Assembly (NCBI GenBank): GCA_014799645.1
Contig: JAAVHQ010000004.1
Span: 5,925 to 69,924, forward strand
Reading direction: 5' to 3'
Origin: Clostridiales bacterium
Lineage (GTDB): Bacteria > Bacillota > Clostridia > Christensenellales > UBA3700
Length of the DNA: 64,000 nucleotides
Position numbers and translations under genes: made by a program. The notes under the pieces were generated by a model. That model had not been told where the DNA came from and did not search any database. It was given only the letters and a program-made list of their open reading frames with translations. Positions 8,007 through 15,369 of this stretch are shown here, piece by piece; the first letter of the stretch is position 1, and every line of letters begins with the position of its first letter.

Positions 8007-9125
8007 ATGACGAATAGAATCATAACAGCGGAGTCCGTGACGAGCGGACACCCAGACAAACTTGCGGATCTTATAGCGGACAGCATTCTCGACGAGTGCT
8101 TGGCGCAGGACGAGAACAGCAGAGTGGCTTGCGAAGTTGTGCTTGCTCACAACAAATGTTTTATCAGCGGAGAGATAACGACTTCCGCAAAGGTGGACTA
8201 CAAGGACGTAGCGAAGGCCGTAATCGAACAAGTCGGCTACGACACAGCGGATATTGAGTTCGAGGCTAGAATTCATACGCAAAGCGAAGACATATCTCAA
8301 GCCGTTAGCAAGGAAGAGCAAGGCGCAGGAGATCAAGGCATTGTGTACGGATATGCATGCAACGAAACGGCTCATTATATGCCGCTTGCAATCGAACTTG
8401 CTCATAGACTTACGGATAGGCTCGAAGAGTGTAGATGCAAAGGCATAATCAAAGGACTTCGCCCAGATGGTAAGAGTCAAGTATCAATTCAATACAACGG
8501 CGATAAGTTTGACAAGATTACCTCGGTTGTGGTATCGACGCAACACAGCGAATCGAAGAACCTTGCGGAGTTGACCAAGGAAATACATGAAAAGGTAATT
8601 GGTCAAGTGCTTGCGGGATATGACTTGACGGAAACGGAAATTCTCGTCAATCCATCCGGCAGATTTGTACTTGGGGGATTTGAAGCTGACACAGGACTCA
8701 CGGGACGCAAATTGATGGTTGACTCATACGGCGGAGTAGCGCATCACGGCGGTGGAGCAATGAGCGGTAAGGACGCAAGCAAGGTGGACCGTAGTGGCGC
8801 TTACCTTGCAAGATATATCGCAAAGAACATTGTAGCCGCAGGCTTGGCAGACAAGTGCGAAGTTTCGCTCTCGTATGCCATAGGCGTACCCAAGCCGACT
8901 GCCATTGACGTGAATACTTTTAATACGTCGGCAGTTGACGAGCAACTTATCATAAAGGCGGTGGAAAAGGTGTTTGACCTCTCGGTCGCAGGTGCGATAA
9001 AGAAACTTGACCTTCGCAGTCCTGCATTTTCTCAAACTGCGGTCGGTGGACACTTTGGAAAAGGTTTCTTTATTTGGGAACTGACGGATAAAGTCGAAGC
9101 ATTAAAGGCGGCAGTCAGCGACTAA
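8007..9125 (+). CDS. metK: S-adenosylmethionine synthetase (phage-encoded MetK).
   Basis: Start at the ATG at 8007, behind AGGAGG. Motifs SVTSGHPDKLAD, GAGDQGIVYGYA, DGKSQV, GGGAMSGKDASKVDRSGAY. Confidence 0.9.
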   Translation: MTNRIITAESVTSGHPDKLADLIADSILDECLAQDENSRVACEVVLAHNKCFISGEITTSAKVDYKDVAKAVIEQVGYDTADIEFEARIHTQSEDISQAVSKEEQGAGDQGIVYGYACNETAHYMPLAIELAHRLTDRLEECRCKGIIKGLRPDGKSQVSIQYNGDKFDKITSVVVSTQHSESKNLAELTKEIHEKVIGQVLAGYDLTETEILVNPSGRFVLGGFEADTGLTGRKLMVDSYGGVAHHGGGAMSGKDASKVDRSGAYLARYIAKNIVAAGLADKCEVSLSYAIGVPKPTAIDVNTFNTSAVDEQLIIKAVEKVFDLSVAGAIKKLDLRSPAFSQTAVGGHFGKGFFIWELTDKVEALKAAVSD

Positions 9126-9158
9126 AAAAGCAATTTATTTATTCTCCAAAATAGTCGC

Positions 9159-9198
9159 GTTTTTCTCTGGACTTCGTGCGTAGGGTACGGTATTGTTT
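9159..9198 (+). promoter_or_regulatory. Conserved promoter-like element, short form (copy D).
   Basis: GTTTTTCTCTGGACTT-N13-TACGGTATTGTT, i.e. TGGACT-17 nt-TATTGT. Same architecture and spacing as the copy at 28826-28862. Confidence 0.55.
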
Positions 9199-9217
9199 GA
9201 AAAAAGGGAGGTAGGTA

Positions 9218-9418
9218 ATGGCTAAACCAACAGTATACTTCGAAAGTAGAGGCGAAAGCGGAAATATATACGCTTTGCTCGGAAGAGTAAGTCAAGCCAT
9301 GAATGACGAAAAAGCATTCAATGAATTATGGGAAAAGGTACAGCAAGGTACATATCCCCAAGCAATCGAATTAATCAAGCAACGAGTGACTCTCATAGAT
9401 GCCGATGGGCTTTATTAG
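9218..9418 (+). CDS. Hypothetical small protein (66 aa).
   Basis: SD GGGAGG upstream of the ATG. First gene behind promoter-like copy D. Confidence 0.5.
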   Translation: MAKPTVYFESRGESGNIYALLGRVSQAMNDEKAFNELWEKVQQGTYPQAIELIKQRVTLIDADGLY

Positions 9419-9429
9419 AAGGGGGAAGA

Positions 9430-9651
9430 ATGGATAGATTTTTCAGTCAAGAGTTTTGCGATAGGTGTGGCAAATCTTTAAAGGACGGACGCATTATGTC
9501 GATGTACAACACCGACTGCATTTGTATGGAATGTAAGCGAAAGGAAAGAGAAAACGCCGACTACAAAACAGCGTGTGAAGCTGAACAAAATGCCGTGAAA
9601 AATGGTAACTTAAACTACCACGGAATAGGCTTAAAAACACCGAAAAAATAG
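9430..9651 (+). CDS. Small Cys-rich (zinc-ribbon-like) protein, 73 aa.
   Basis: Start moved to the ATG at 9430, behind GGGGGAAG. Motif CDRCGK...CICMECKRK. The longer track ORF (9328) overlaps the previous gene. Confidence 0.5.
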   Translation: MDRFFSQEFCDRCGKSLKDGRIMSMYNTDCICMECKRKERENADYKTACEAEQNAVKNGNLNYHGIGLKTPKK

Positions 9652-9676
9652 TTGAAAATTCTTTCAAAATTCTTTC

Positions 9677-9775
9677 GTTTTTCTACGCAATTTCGCTGGG
9701 CTCTTGTGTGTTTTTACGGTATTGTTGTGTTGTAAAACAAAAGAGGCAAGCGCCTCAAAAAGGAGAACACGCAAC
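9677..9775 (+). promoter_or_regulatory. Conserved promoter + 5' leader element, long form (copy A).
   Basis: GTTTTTCTACGCAATTTCGCTGGGCTCTT...TACGGTATTGTTG (TGGGCT-17 nt-TATTGT), then ACAAAA, hairpin GAGGC-aagc-GCCTC, and AAGGAG. Confidence 0.6.
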
Positions 9776-10672
9776 ATGAAAAATCAAACATTCGGAATCG
9801 AAATCGAACTCACAGGCATCACGAGAAAAGATGCGGCAAAGGTAATCGCAGATTACTACGGAACGACATCCTACTACGCAGGTAGCGTATACGAAACCTA
9901 CGAAGCAACCGATAGGCAAGGACGCAAATGGAAAGCAATGAGCGACTCAAGCATCCGCGCCGAAAGAAAGAACGGACAAACAGCAACAGCCGAATACAGA
10001 TGCGAGATCGTAACACCAGTATGCAAATGGGAAGACATCGCAGACATACAGGAAATCGTAAGACAACTGAGACACAAAGGCGCGATAGCAAACAGCAGCT
10101 GTGGAATACACGTACACGTCGGAGCGGAGAGACATACGGCAAAGACCTTACGAAACCTAGTCAACATAATGACAAGCAAAGAAGACATACTGTTCAAAGC
10201 AATAGGGGTAACACCAGATAGAGCAAACAGATGGTGCAAAAAAACGGAGCAAAGGTTCGTAGAAGAGATGAACCGCACAAAACCAACAACGACAGCAAAC
10301 GTCGAGAGAATATGGTACAACGGAAGTTCGCATAGATACGAACACTACGACAGCAGTCGCTACCGCGCCCTCAACCTACACAGCCTCTGGCAAGGAAAAG
10401 GAATCGAGTTCAGATGCTTTAACGGTACGACGCACGCAGGCAAGATTAAGACCTACATACAATTATGCCTAGCAATATGCAACCAAGCCTTAACGCAAAA
10501 CGGAGCAAGCGCCAAGAAGACGGTAACGGCAAACGAAAAGTACACCTTCCGCACATGGCTCCTAAGACTAGGAATGATAGGCGATGAGTTCGAAACGGCT
10601 AGAAAGTTTTTACTCGAAAACTTAAGCGGAGACATAGCGTTCAAAAACGGAAGACCTGGGGTAGCGGCCTAA
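9776..10672 (+). CDS. Putative amidoligase (Amidoligase_2 / carboxylate-amine ligase-like).
   Basis: Start moved to the ATG at 9776, behind AAGGAG. N-terminal FGIEIELTG and central CGIHVHVG blocks as in the phage/plasmid amidoligase family. The 24-codon N-terminal extension in the track covers the conserved leader. Confidence 0.6.
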   Translation: MKNQTFGIEIELTGITRKDAAKVIADYYGTTSYYAGSVYETYEATDRQGRKWKAMSDSSIRAERKNGQTATAEYRCEIVTPVCKWEDIADIQEIVRQLRHKGAIANSSCGIHVHVGAERHTAKTLRNLVNIMTSKEDILFKAIGVTPDRANRWCKKTEQRFVEEMNRTKPTTTANVERIWYNGSSHRYEHYDSSRYRALNLHSLWQGKGIEFRCFNGTTHAGKIKTYIQLCLAICNQALTQNGASAKKTVTANEKYTFRTWLLRLGMIGDEFETARKFLLENLSGDIAFKNGRPGVAA

Positions 10673-10701
10673 CCGCTCCCTAGAAAATGGAGGATAAATA
10701 A

Positions 10702-11136
10702 ATGGAAAACAAACTTTATGTAGCATACGGTAGCAACTTAAACCTTACGCAAATGGCAAGACGGTGTCCTATGGCAAAGGTCGTAGGTATAGGCAAACTC
10801 AAAGACTACCAACTTACATTCCGTAGGGTAGCAACAATAGAACAAGTTAATGGCACGGAGACGCCCGTCGGAGTATGGGAAATTACACCGAATGACGAGT
10901 TGGCACTCGATAGGTACGAAGGATACCCACACTTATACCGCAAGGAAACGGTCACGGTGGAAATGAAAGACGGAGCAGTCGAAGCTATGGTGTACATTAT
11001 GAATAGCGGTAAACCAAGCATGCCATACCAAGAGTATTACAACACAATACTCAAAGGATACGAGGATGTAGGGCTCGATACAAAATACCTACAAGCGGCT
11101 CTCGATGACACACAAAAAAGAATGAGAGCGAAATAA
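10702..11136 (+). CDS. Gamma-glutamylcyclotransferase-like (AIG2/GGCT fold) protein.
   Basis: LYVAYGSNLNLTQM N-terminal motif and LDRYEGYPHLYRKE. SD GGAGG. Confidence 0.8.
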   Translation: MENKLYVAYGSNLNLTQMARRCPMAKVVGIGKLKDYQLTFRRVATIEQVNGTETPVGVWEITPNDELALDRYEGYPHLYRKETVTVEMKDGAVEAMVYIMNSGKPSMPYQEYYNTILKGYEDVGLDTKYLQAALDDTQKRMRAK

Positions 11137-11157
11137 AAACAAACAAGTGCGTGTTCA

Positions 11158-11186
11158 AAGGGAGAGCTTCGGCTCTCCTTTTATTA
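11158..11186 (+). terminator. Rho-independent terminator after the amidoligase-GGCT pair.
   Basis: AAAGGGAGAGC-ttcg-GCTCTCCTTTT followed by a T-rich run. Confidence 0.75.
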
Positions 11187-11205
11187 TTGGCAAATGGAGG
11201 TAGGA

Positions 11206-12756
11206 ATGGCATACAACAAACAACTTGCCGACCGCGCCGTTGCCTTTATAAACTCGCTCAAGCACACCAAAGGTACTTGGCACGGAGTACCATTCGAGTT
11301 ATTGCCGTGGCAGGACAAAATCATAAGAGATATATTCGGCACGGTAAAAGACAACGGATATAGGCAGTACAACACCGCTTACGTAGAGATACCAAAGAAG
11401 CAAGGCAAGAGCGAGATAGCGGCGGCAATAGCTCTTTATCTTTTAGCGGGAGATGGAGAGTGGGGAGCGGAAGTCTATGGATGCGCCGCCGACCGACAGC
11501 AAGCAAGTATCGTGTTCGACGTGGCTTGTAATATGGTAGAACAATGTCCAGCATTGAAAAAGAGAATCAAGCCAATTATGAGCCAGAAAAGGCTAGTATA
11601 TAAACCGCTTAATTCGTTCTACCAAGTGCTGTCGGCTGAATCGTATACAAAGCACGGACTCAACGTACATGGCGTTGTGTTCGATGAATTACATGCACAG
11701 CCGAACCGAGCATTATACGACGTAATGACGCTTGGTTCGGGAGATGCAAGAAAGCAACCGCTATTCTTCTTGATTACCACAGCGGGAACGGATAGAAACT
11801 CAATATGTTGGGAAGTGCATCAAAAGGCAAAGGATATAATCGAAGGGCGAAAGCACGATAGATCGTTCTACCCAGTCATATACGGCGCGGACGATGATGA
11901 CGATTGGGGAGATGAAAAAGTGTGGGCAAAGGCAAACCCATCACTTGGCATAACGGTAGATATAGATAAACTGAAAACTGCCTATGAGTCAGCAAAAGAG
12001 AACCCGGCGGAAGAGAACTTGTTCCGACAACTCCGCCTAAATCAATGGGTAAAGCAAAGTGTCCGTTGGATGCCTATGGATGCATGGGATAAATGTGATT
12101 TTGAAGTTGACGCTGAAAAATTGAAAGGTAGAGAGTGCTACGGCGGACTAGACCTTTCGTCAAGCACCGACATAACGGCTTTTGTGCTTGTATTTCCGCC
12201 ATTGCATGAGGAAGATAAATACATTGTGTTGCCGTTCTTTTGGATACCAGAAGATACGATAGATTTGCGAGTTCGACGCGATCACGTGCCATACGACGTT
12301 TGGCAGGCGAAAGGGCAAGTAATAACCACGGAGGGCAATGTAATCCATTACGGATACATTGAGAACTTTATCGAAGACCTTGGCACGAAATACAACATAA
12401 AAGAAATAGCATTCGATAGATGGGGAGCAGTACAAATGACACAAAATCTTGAAGGAATGGGATTCACGGTAGTGCCATTTGGTCAAGGCTTTAAGGATAT
12501 GAGTCCACCGACAAAAGAACTAATGAAACTTGTTCTTGAGCAAAAGATAGCGCACGGCGGGAACGTACCATTGCGATGGATGATGGACAACGTATACGTA
12601 AGAACTGATCCTGCCGGGAACGTCAAGATGGACAAAGAAAAATCCACAGAACGTATAGACGGAGCAGTCGCACTTGTTATGGCTTTGGATAGAGCAATTC
12701 GCAATAAGGGAACGACAGAAAGCGTGTATAACGGCAGGGGAATTATTGTGATATAG
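11206..12756 (+). CDS. terL: Terminase large subunit.
   Basis: Start at the ATG at 11206, behind GGAGG. Walker-like IPKKQGKSEIAA, VVFDELH, and C-terminal nuclease-like GGLDLSSSTD...DGAVALVMAL. 516 aa. Confidence 0.9.
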   Translation: MAYNKQLADRAVAFINSLKHTKGTWHGVPFELLPWQDKIIRDIFGTVKDNGYRQYNTAYVEIPKKQGKSEIAAAIALYLLAGDGEWGAEVYGCAADRQQASIVFDVACNMVEQCPALKKRIKPIMSQKRLVYKPLNSFYQVLSAESYTKHGLNVHGVVFDELHAQPNRALYDVMTLGSGDARKQPLFFLITTAGTDRNSICWEVHQKAKDIIEGRKHDRSFYPVIYGADDDDDWGDEKVWAKANPSLGITVDIDKLKTAYESAKENPAEENLFRQLRLNQWVKQSVRWMPMDAWDKCDFEVDAEKLKGRECYGGLDLSSSTDITAFVLVFPPLHEEDKYIVLPFFWIPEDTIDLRVRRDHVPYDVWQAKGQVITTEGNVIHYGYIENFIEDLGTKYNIKEIAFDRWGAVQMTQNLEGMGFTVVPFGQGFKDMSPPTKELMKLVLEQKIAHGGNVPLRWMMDNVYVRTDPAGNVKMDKEKSTERIDGAVALVMALDRAIRNKGTTESVYNGRGIIVI

Positions 12757-12783
12757 AGCCTAAATATTTCATAAAAAATGTGT

Positions 12784-12880
12784 GTTTTTCTACGCAATTT
12801 CGCTGGGCTCTTTGACTTGTTTACGGTATTGTTGTAGTAGAAAACAAAACAAGGGCAAGCCGCCCAAAAAGGAGAGAAAA
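12784..12880 (+). promoter_or_regulatory. Conserved promoter + 5' leader element, long form (copy B).
   Basis: Near-identical to copy A over GTTTTTCTACGCAATTTCGCTGGGCTCTT and TTACGGTATTGTTGT. Hairpin here is GGGC-aagcc-GCCC, then AAGGAG. Confidence 0.6.
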
Positions 12881-13348
12881 ATGGCAAGTGCAATTAAAGT
12901 AACAGCAGAAGTAACAAGCAAAAAAGGATTTTATGTAGGCGACATATGTTACCAGATGACAGACGAAAATTACTACGCAGATTGGAGTAACGACTTCAAC
13001 GACTTCGAAGGGGAACACGAAATCCATGGATACAAGTTCGGAGTCGGCGGAACGAAATACGGAGACGGATGCTACGAAGACCAATACGGACACACATACG
13101 GAGTAGACGCAGGAAACATCGGAATACTGCCATACGAAATATGCGAGAGCAAGAACGTAGAAGAAATCGCAAAATATGGAAGATTTATCGAAGCAACGAA
13201 AGCAACATTCACAGCGGAAGACGGTATAATCGAAATCGAGTTCGACAACGGCGAGTACATATACATCAACACAGGAGACTATGACGAAGAAGACGAAGAA
13301 TACTACGATGAAGAGTATGATGACGAGTACGACGATGACGAAGATTAA
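12881..13348 (+). CDS. Acidic protein with a poly-D/E/Y tail. Candidate DNA-mimic anti-restriction protein.
   Basis: Start moved to the ATG at 12881. 155 aa ending in DYDEEDEEYYDEEYDDEYDDDED. Has its own promoter-like element and terminator. Confidence 0.55.
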   Translation: MASAIKVTAEVTSKKGFYVGDICYQMTDENYYADWSNDFNDFEGEHEIHGYKFGVGGTKYGDGCYEDQYGHTYGVDAGNIGILPYEICESKNVEEIAKYGRFIEATKATFTAEDGIIEIEFDNGEYIYINTGDYDEEDEEYYDEEYDDEYDDDED

Positions 13349-13369
13349 AAGCAGAAAAAGAGAGATAAT

Positions 13370-13397
13370 CGCACAGCAATGTGCGGTTTTATTTTTG
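13370..13397 (+). terminator. Rho-independent terminator.
   Basis: CGCACA-gcaa-TGTGCG followed by GTTTTATTTTT. Confidence 0.65.
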
Positions 13398-13399
13398 AA

Positions 13400-13525
13400 T
13401 TTGTAAACAAGCAAAAAGCGCCACATGTAAACTAAAGTTAACACAATGTAAAACAAAGTTGACAAAATTTAGCGTGTAAGTTTACATAATGTTAACTAAA
13501 GTTGACAAGATGTAAACTAAAATAT
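13400..13525. repeat. TGTAAAC(T/A)AAAGTT(A/G)ACA repeat field upstream of the ParB-methyltransferase gene.
   Basis: ATGTAAACTAAAGTTAACA, ATGTAAAACAAAGTTGACA, GTGTAAGTTTACATAATGTTAACTAAAGTTGACA and AGATGTAAACTAAAAT. Contains TTGACA boxes. Confidence 0.6.
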
Positions 13526-13548
13526 TTCAGCAAATATAGGAGAACAGA

Positions 13549-14886
13549 ATGCAGATAGAAAAAAGAGCGGTGGCAGATTTGAAAGCCGCCGAGTACAATC
13601 CACGTAAGGATTTACAGCCAGGGGATGCGGAATACGAGAAACTCAAGAGAAGTATTCAAGAGTTCGGCTACGTAGAACCTGTTATATGGAACAAACGCAC
13701 AGGAGTAGTCGTTGGCGGTCACCAAAGACTGAAAGTCATGAAAGACCTTGGGTATGATGAAGTAGATTGCGTAGTAGTTGATCTTGACGAAAGCAAAGAA
13801 AAAGCCTTGAACATCGCATTGAATAAAATCAGCGGCGAGTGGGATAACGACTTATTGGCAAGCCTTTTGAAAGATTTGGACGGTAGCGGTTACGATATCA
13901 CTCTTACAGGTTTTGACCTTGCCGAGGCTCAAGAGCTGTTCGGTAGCGGTTCAATGGAGAATGTTCACGAAGACAATTTCGACGCAGATTCAGCAATAGA
14001 GGAAATAGCCGAGCCAAAGACAAAAGAGGGAGATTTGTGGATACTCGGACAGCATAGATTGTTGTGTGGAGATTGCACTCAAAAAGAGAATGTGGAGAAG
14101 GTGCTTGACGGCAGAGTGGCAGATATTATGGTTACCGATCCGCCGTACAACGTGGACTACGGCTCGGCAGTTAACGGCAAGCATAAATCACAGACAAGAG
14201 CAAATAGCACGATAGCCAATGACAATCTCTCCGACGACGAATTCTATCAGTTCCTTTTGGCGTTCTACAAGGCGGCTGAAAGCGGACTGAAAAAGGGAGC
14301 GCCTATCTATGTGTTCCACAGCACGAAAGAGACCGTGAACTTTACGAATGCAATGACAGGCGCAGGATTAAAGTATTCGCAAACGCTTATATGGTTAAAG
14401 AACCATTTCACTTTGGGACGTCAAGATTATCAATGGAAGCATGAACCGATACTCTACGGGTGGAAAGAAGGAGCAGGCCATTATTTCATTAATGACCGCA
14501 CGTTGTCGACCGAATTGGAAGCCATTGCCCAAAACATCAAGAAGATGAGTAAAGCGGAATTGTTGGAACTCTTGGAAAAGATACTCAACTTACCATCGAC
14601 GGTAATAGAAGACAATAAGCCTGCCAAGTCTCCAGACCATCCTACAATGAAACCCGTAACATTGTGCGCCAAACTTATATACAACAGCTCTCATGAGGGA
14701 GACTTGGTATATGAGCCTTTTGGCGGCAGCGGTTCTGTATTGATTGCTTCGGAGCAGTTGAATCGCAAGTGTTGCGCTATTGAACTTGAACCGAAATACT
14801 GCGACGTTATAGTCCGTAGATATAGGGAAACGTGTCCCGAAGCGGAAATTAGACATATCCGTGACGGCATAGAAATATTCGATTAA
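13549..14886 (+). CDS. ParB-like N-terminal domain fused to an N6-adenine/N4-cytosine DNA methyltransferase.
   Basis: ParB box VVGGHQRLKVMKDLG. Motif IV TDPPYN. Motif I EPFGGSGSVLIA near the C-terminus (beta-class order). Confidence 0.85.
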   Translation: MQIEKRAVADLKAAEYNPRKDLQPGDAEYEKLKRSIQEFGYVEPVIWNKRTGVVVGGHQRLKVMKDLGYDEVDCVVVDLDESKEKALNIALNKISGEWDNDLLASLLKDLDGSGYDITLTGFDLAEAQELFGSGSMENVHEDNFDADSAIEEIAEPKTKEGDLWILGQHRLLCGDCTQKENVEKVLDGRVADIMVTDPPYNVDYGSAVNGKHKSQTRANSTIANDNLSDDEFYQFLLAFYKAAESGLKKGAPIYVFHSTKETVNFTNAMTGAGLKYSQTLIWLKNHFTLGRQDYQWKHEPILYGWKEGAGHYFINDRTLSTELEAIAQNIKKMSKAELLELLEKILNLPSTVIEDNKPAKSPDHPTMKPVTLCAKLIYNSSHEGDLVYEPFGGSGSVLIASEQLNRKCCAIELEPKYCDVIVRRYRETCPEAEIRHIRDGIEIFD

Positions 14887-14903
14887 TTATGAAAAAAACT
14901 TGT

Positions 14904-14998
14904 GTGTTTCTACGCAATTTCACTGGGCTCTTTGAAGTAATTACGGTATTGTTGTAATAGAAAACAAAACAAGGGAAACAACCCGAAGGAGACACAAA
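14904..14998 (+). promoter_or_regulatory. Conserved promoter + 5' leader element, long form (copy C).
   Basis: GTGTTTCTACGCAATTTCACTGGGCTCTT...TTACGGTATTGTTGT. Hairpin GGG-aaacaa-CCC, then GAAGGAG. Confidence 0.6.
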
Positions 14999-15310
14999 AT
15001 GGAAAAGACAAAAGCAACAAAAAAGAATATCTTCAGAACCTTAAAAGATTATAGCCACGGATACCACGAACACGCAAGTGAAGAAGAGAACAAAGTCTAC
15101 GACCAAAAGGTCGAAGCTCTCAAAGCAAGAATCATAGCGGACGTAGAACATGCGCCAGAGATTATAGCAGAAGAGTTCGCAACGCACAATGCGAAAATGT
15201 ATAGGGCTCAAATGCAAGGCAAGTATGCAACATTAATCTGCAATGCGGAATGGAAAGCAATAGACAACGTGTATATGGCACTCATAGATAGCAAGCCATT
15301 AAAAGGTTAA
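14999..15310 (+). CDS. Hypothetical protein (103 aa), a moron between the ParB-MTase and portal genes.
   Basis: ATG behind GAAGGAG. Bracketed by promoter-like copy C and a terminator. Confidence 0.5.
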   Translation: MEKTKATKKNIFRTLKDYSHGYHEHASEEENKVYDQKVEALKARIIADVEHAPEIIAEEFATHNAKMYRAQMQGKYATLICNAEWKAIDNVYMALIDSKPLKG

Positions 15311-15333
15311 ATCAAATAGAAAAACAATCAAGA

Positions 15334-15359
15334 CCGTCCGCAAGGGCGGTTTATTTATT
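15334..15359 (+). terminator. Rho-independent terminator.
   Basis: CCGTCC-gcaa-GGGCGG followed by TTTATTTATT. Confidence 0.6.
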
Positions 15360-15369
15360 GGAGAAAAAT

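Noticed and set aside
9704-9775. N-terminal extensions of track ORFs 9704, 12782 and 3894 (MCVFTVLLCC..., MFFYAISLGS..., MCKSVRVLCK...).
   Set aside because: The extensions are translations of the conserved non-coding leader/promoter repeats. Good SD + ATG pairs exist at 9776, 12881 and 3978.
13261-13348. GAA/GAC/GAT-rich low-complexity DNA as a possible tandem repeat or contingency locus.
   Set aside because: It is an imperfect codon-level repetition that encodes the D/E/Y tail. There is no exact unit repeat that would support slippage.
12821-13465. 214-aa minus-strand ORF rich in V/F/C/I.
   Set aside because: It is the reverse complement of the GAA/GAC-rich acidic gene plus the repeat field. 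It crosses a terminator and an intergenic region, so it is not credible as a gene.
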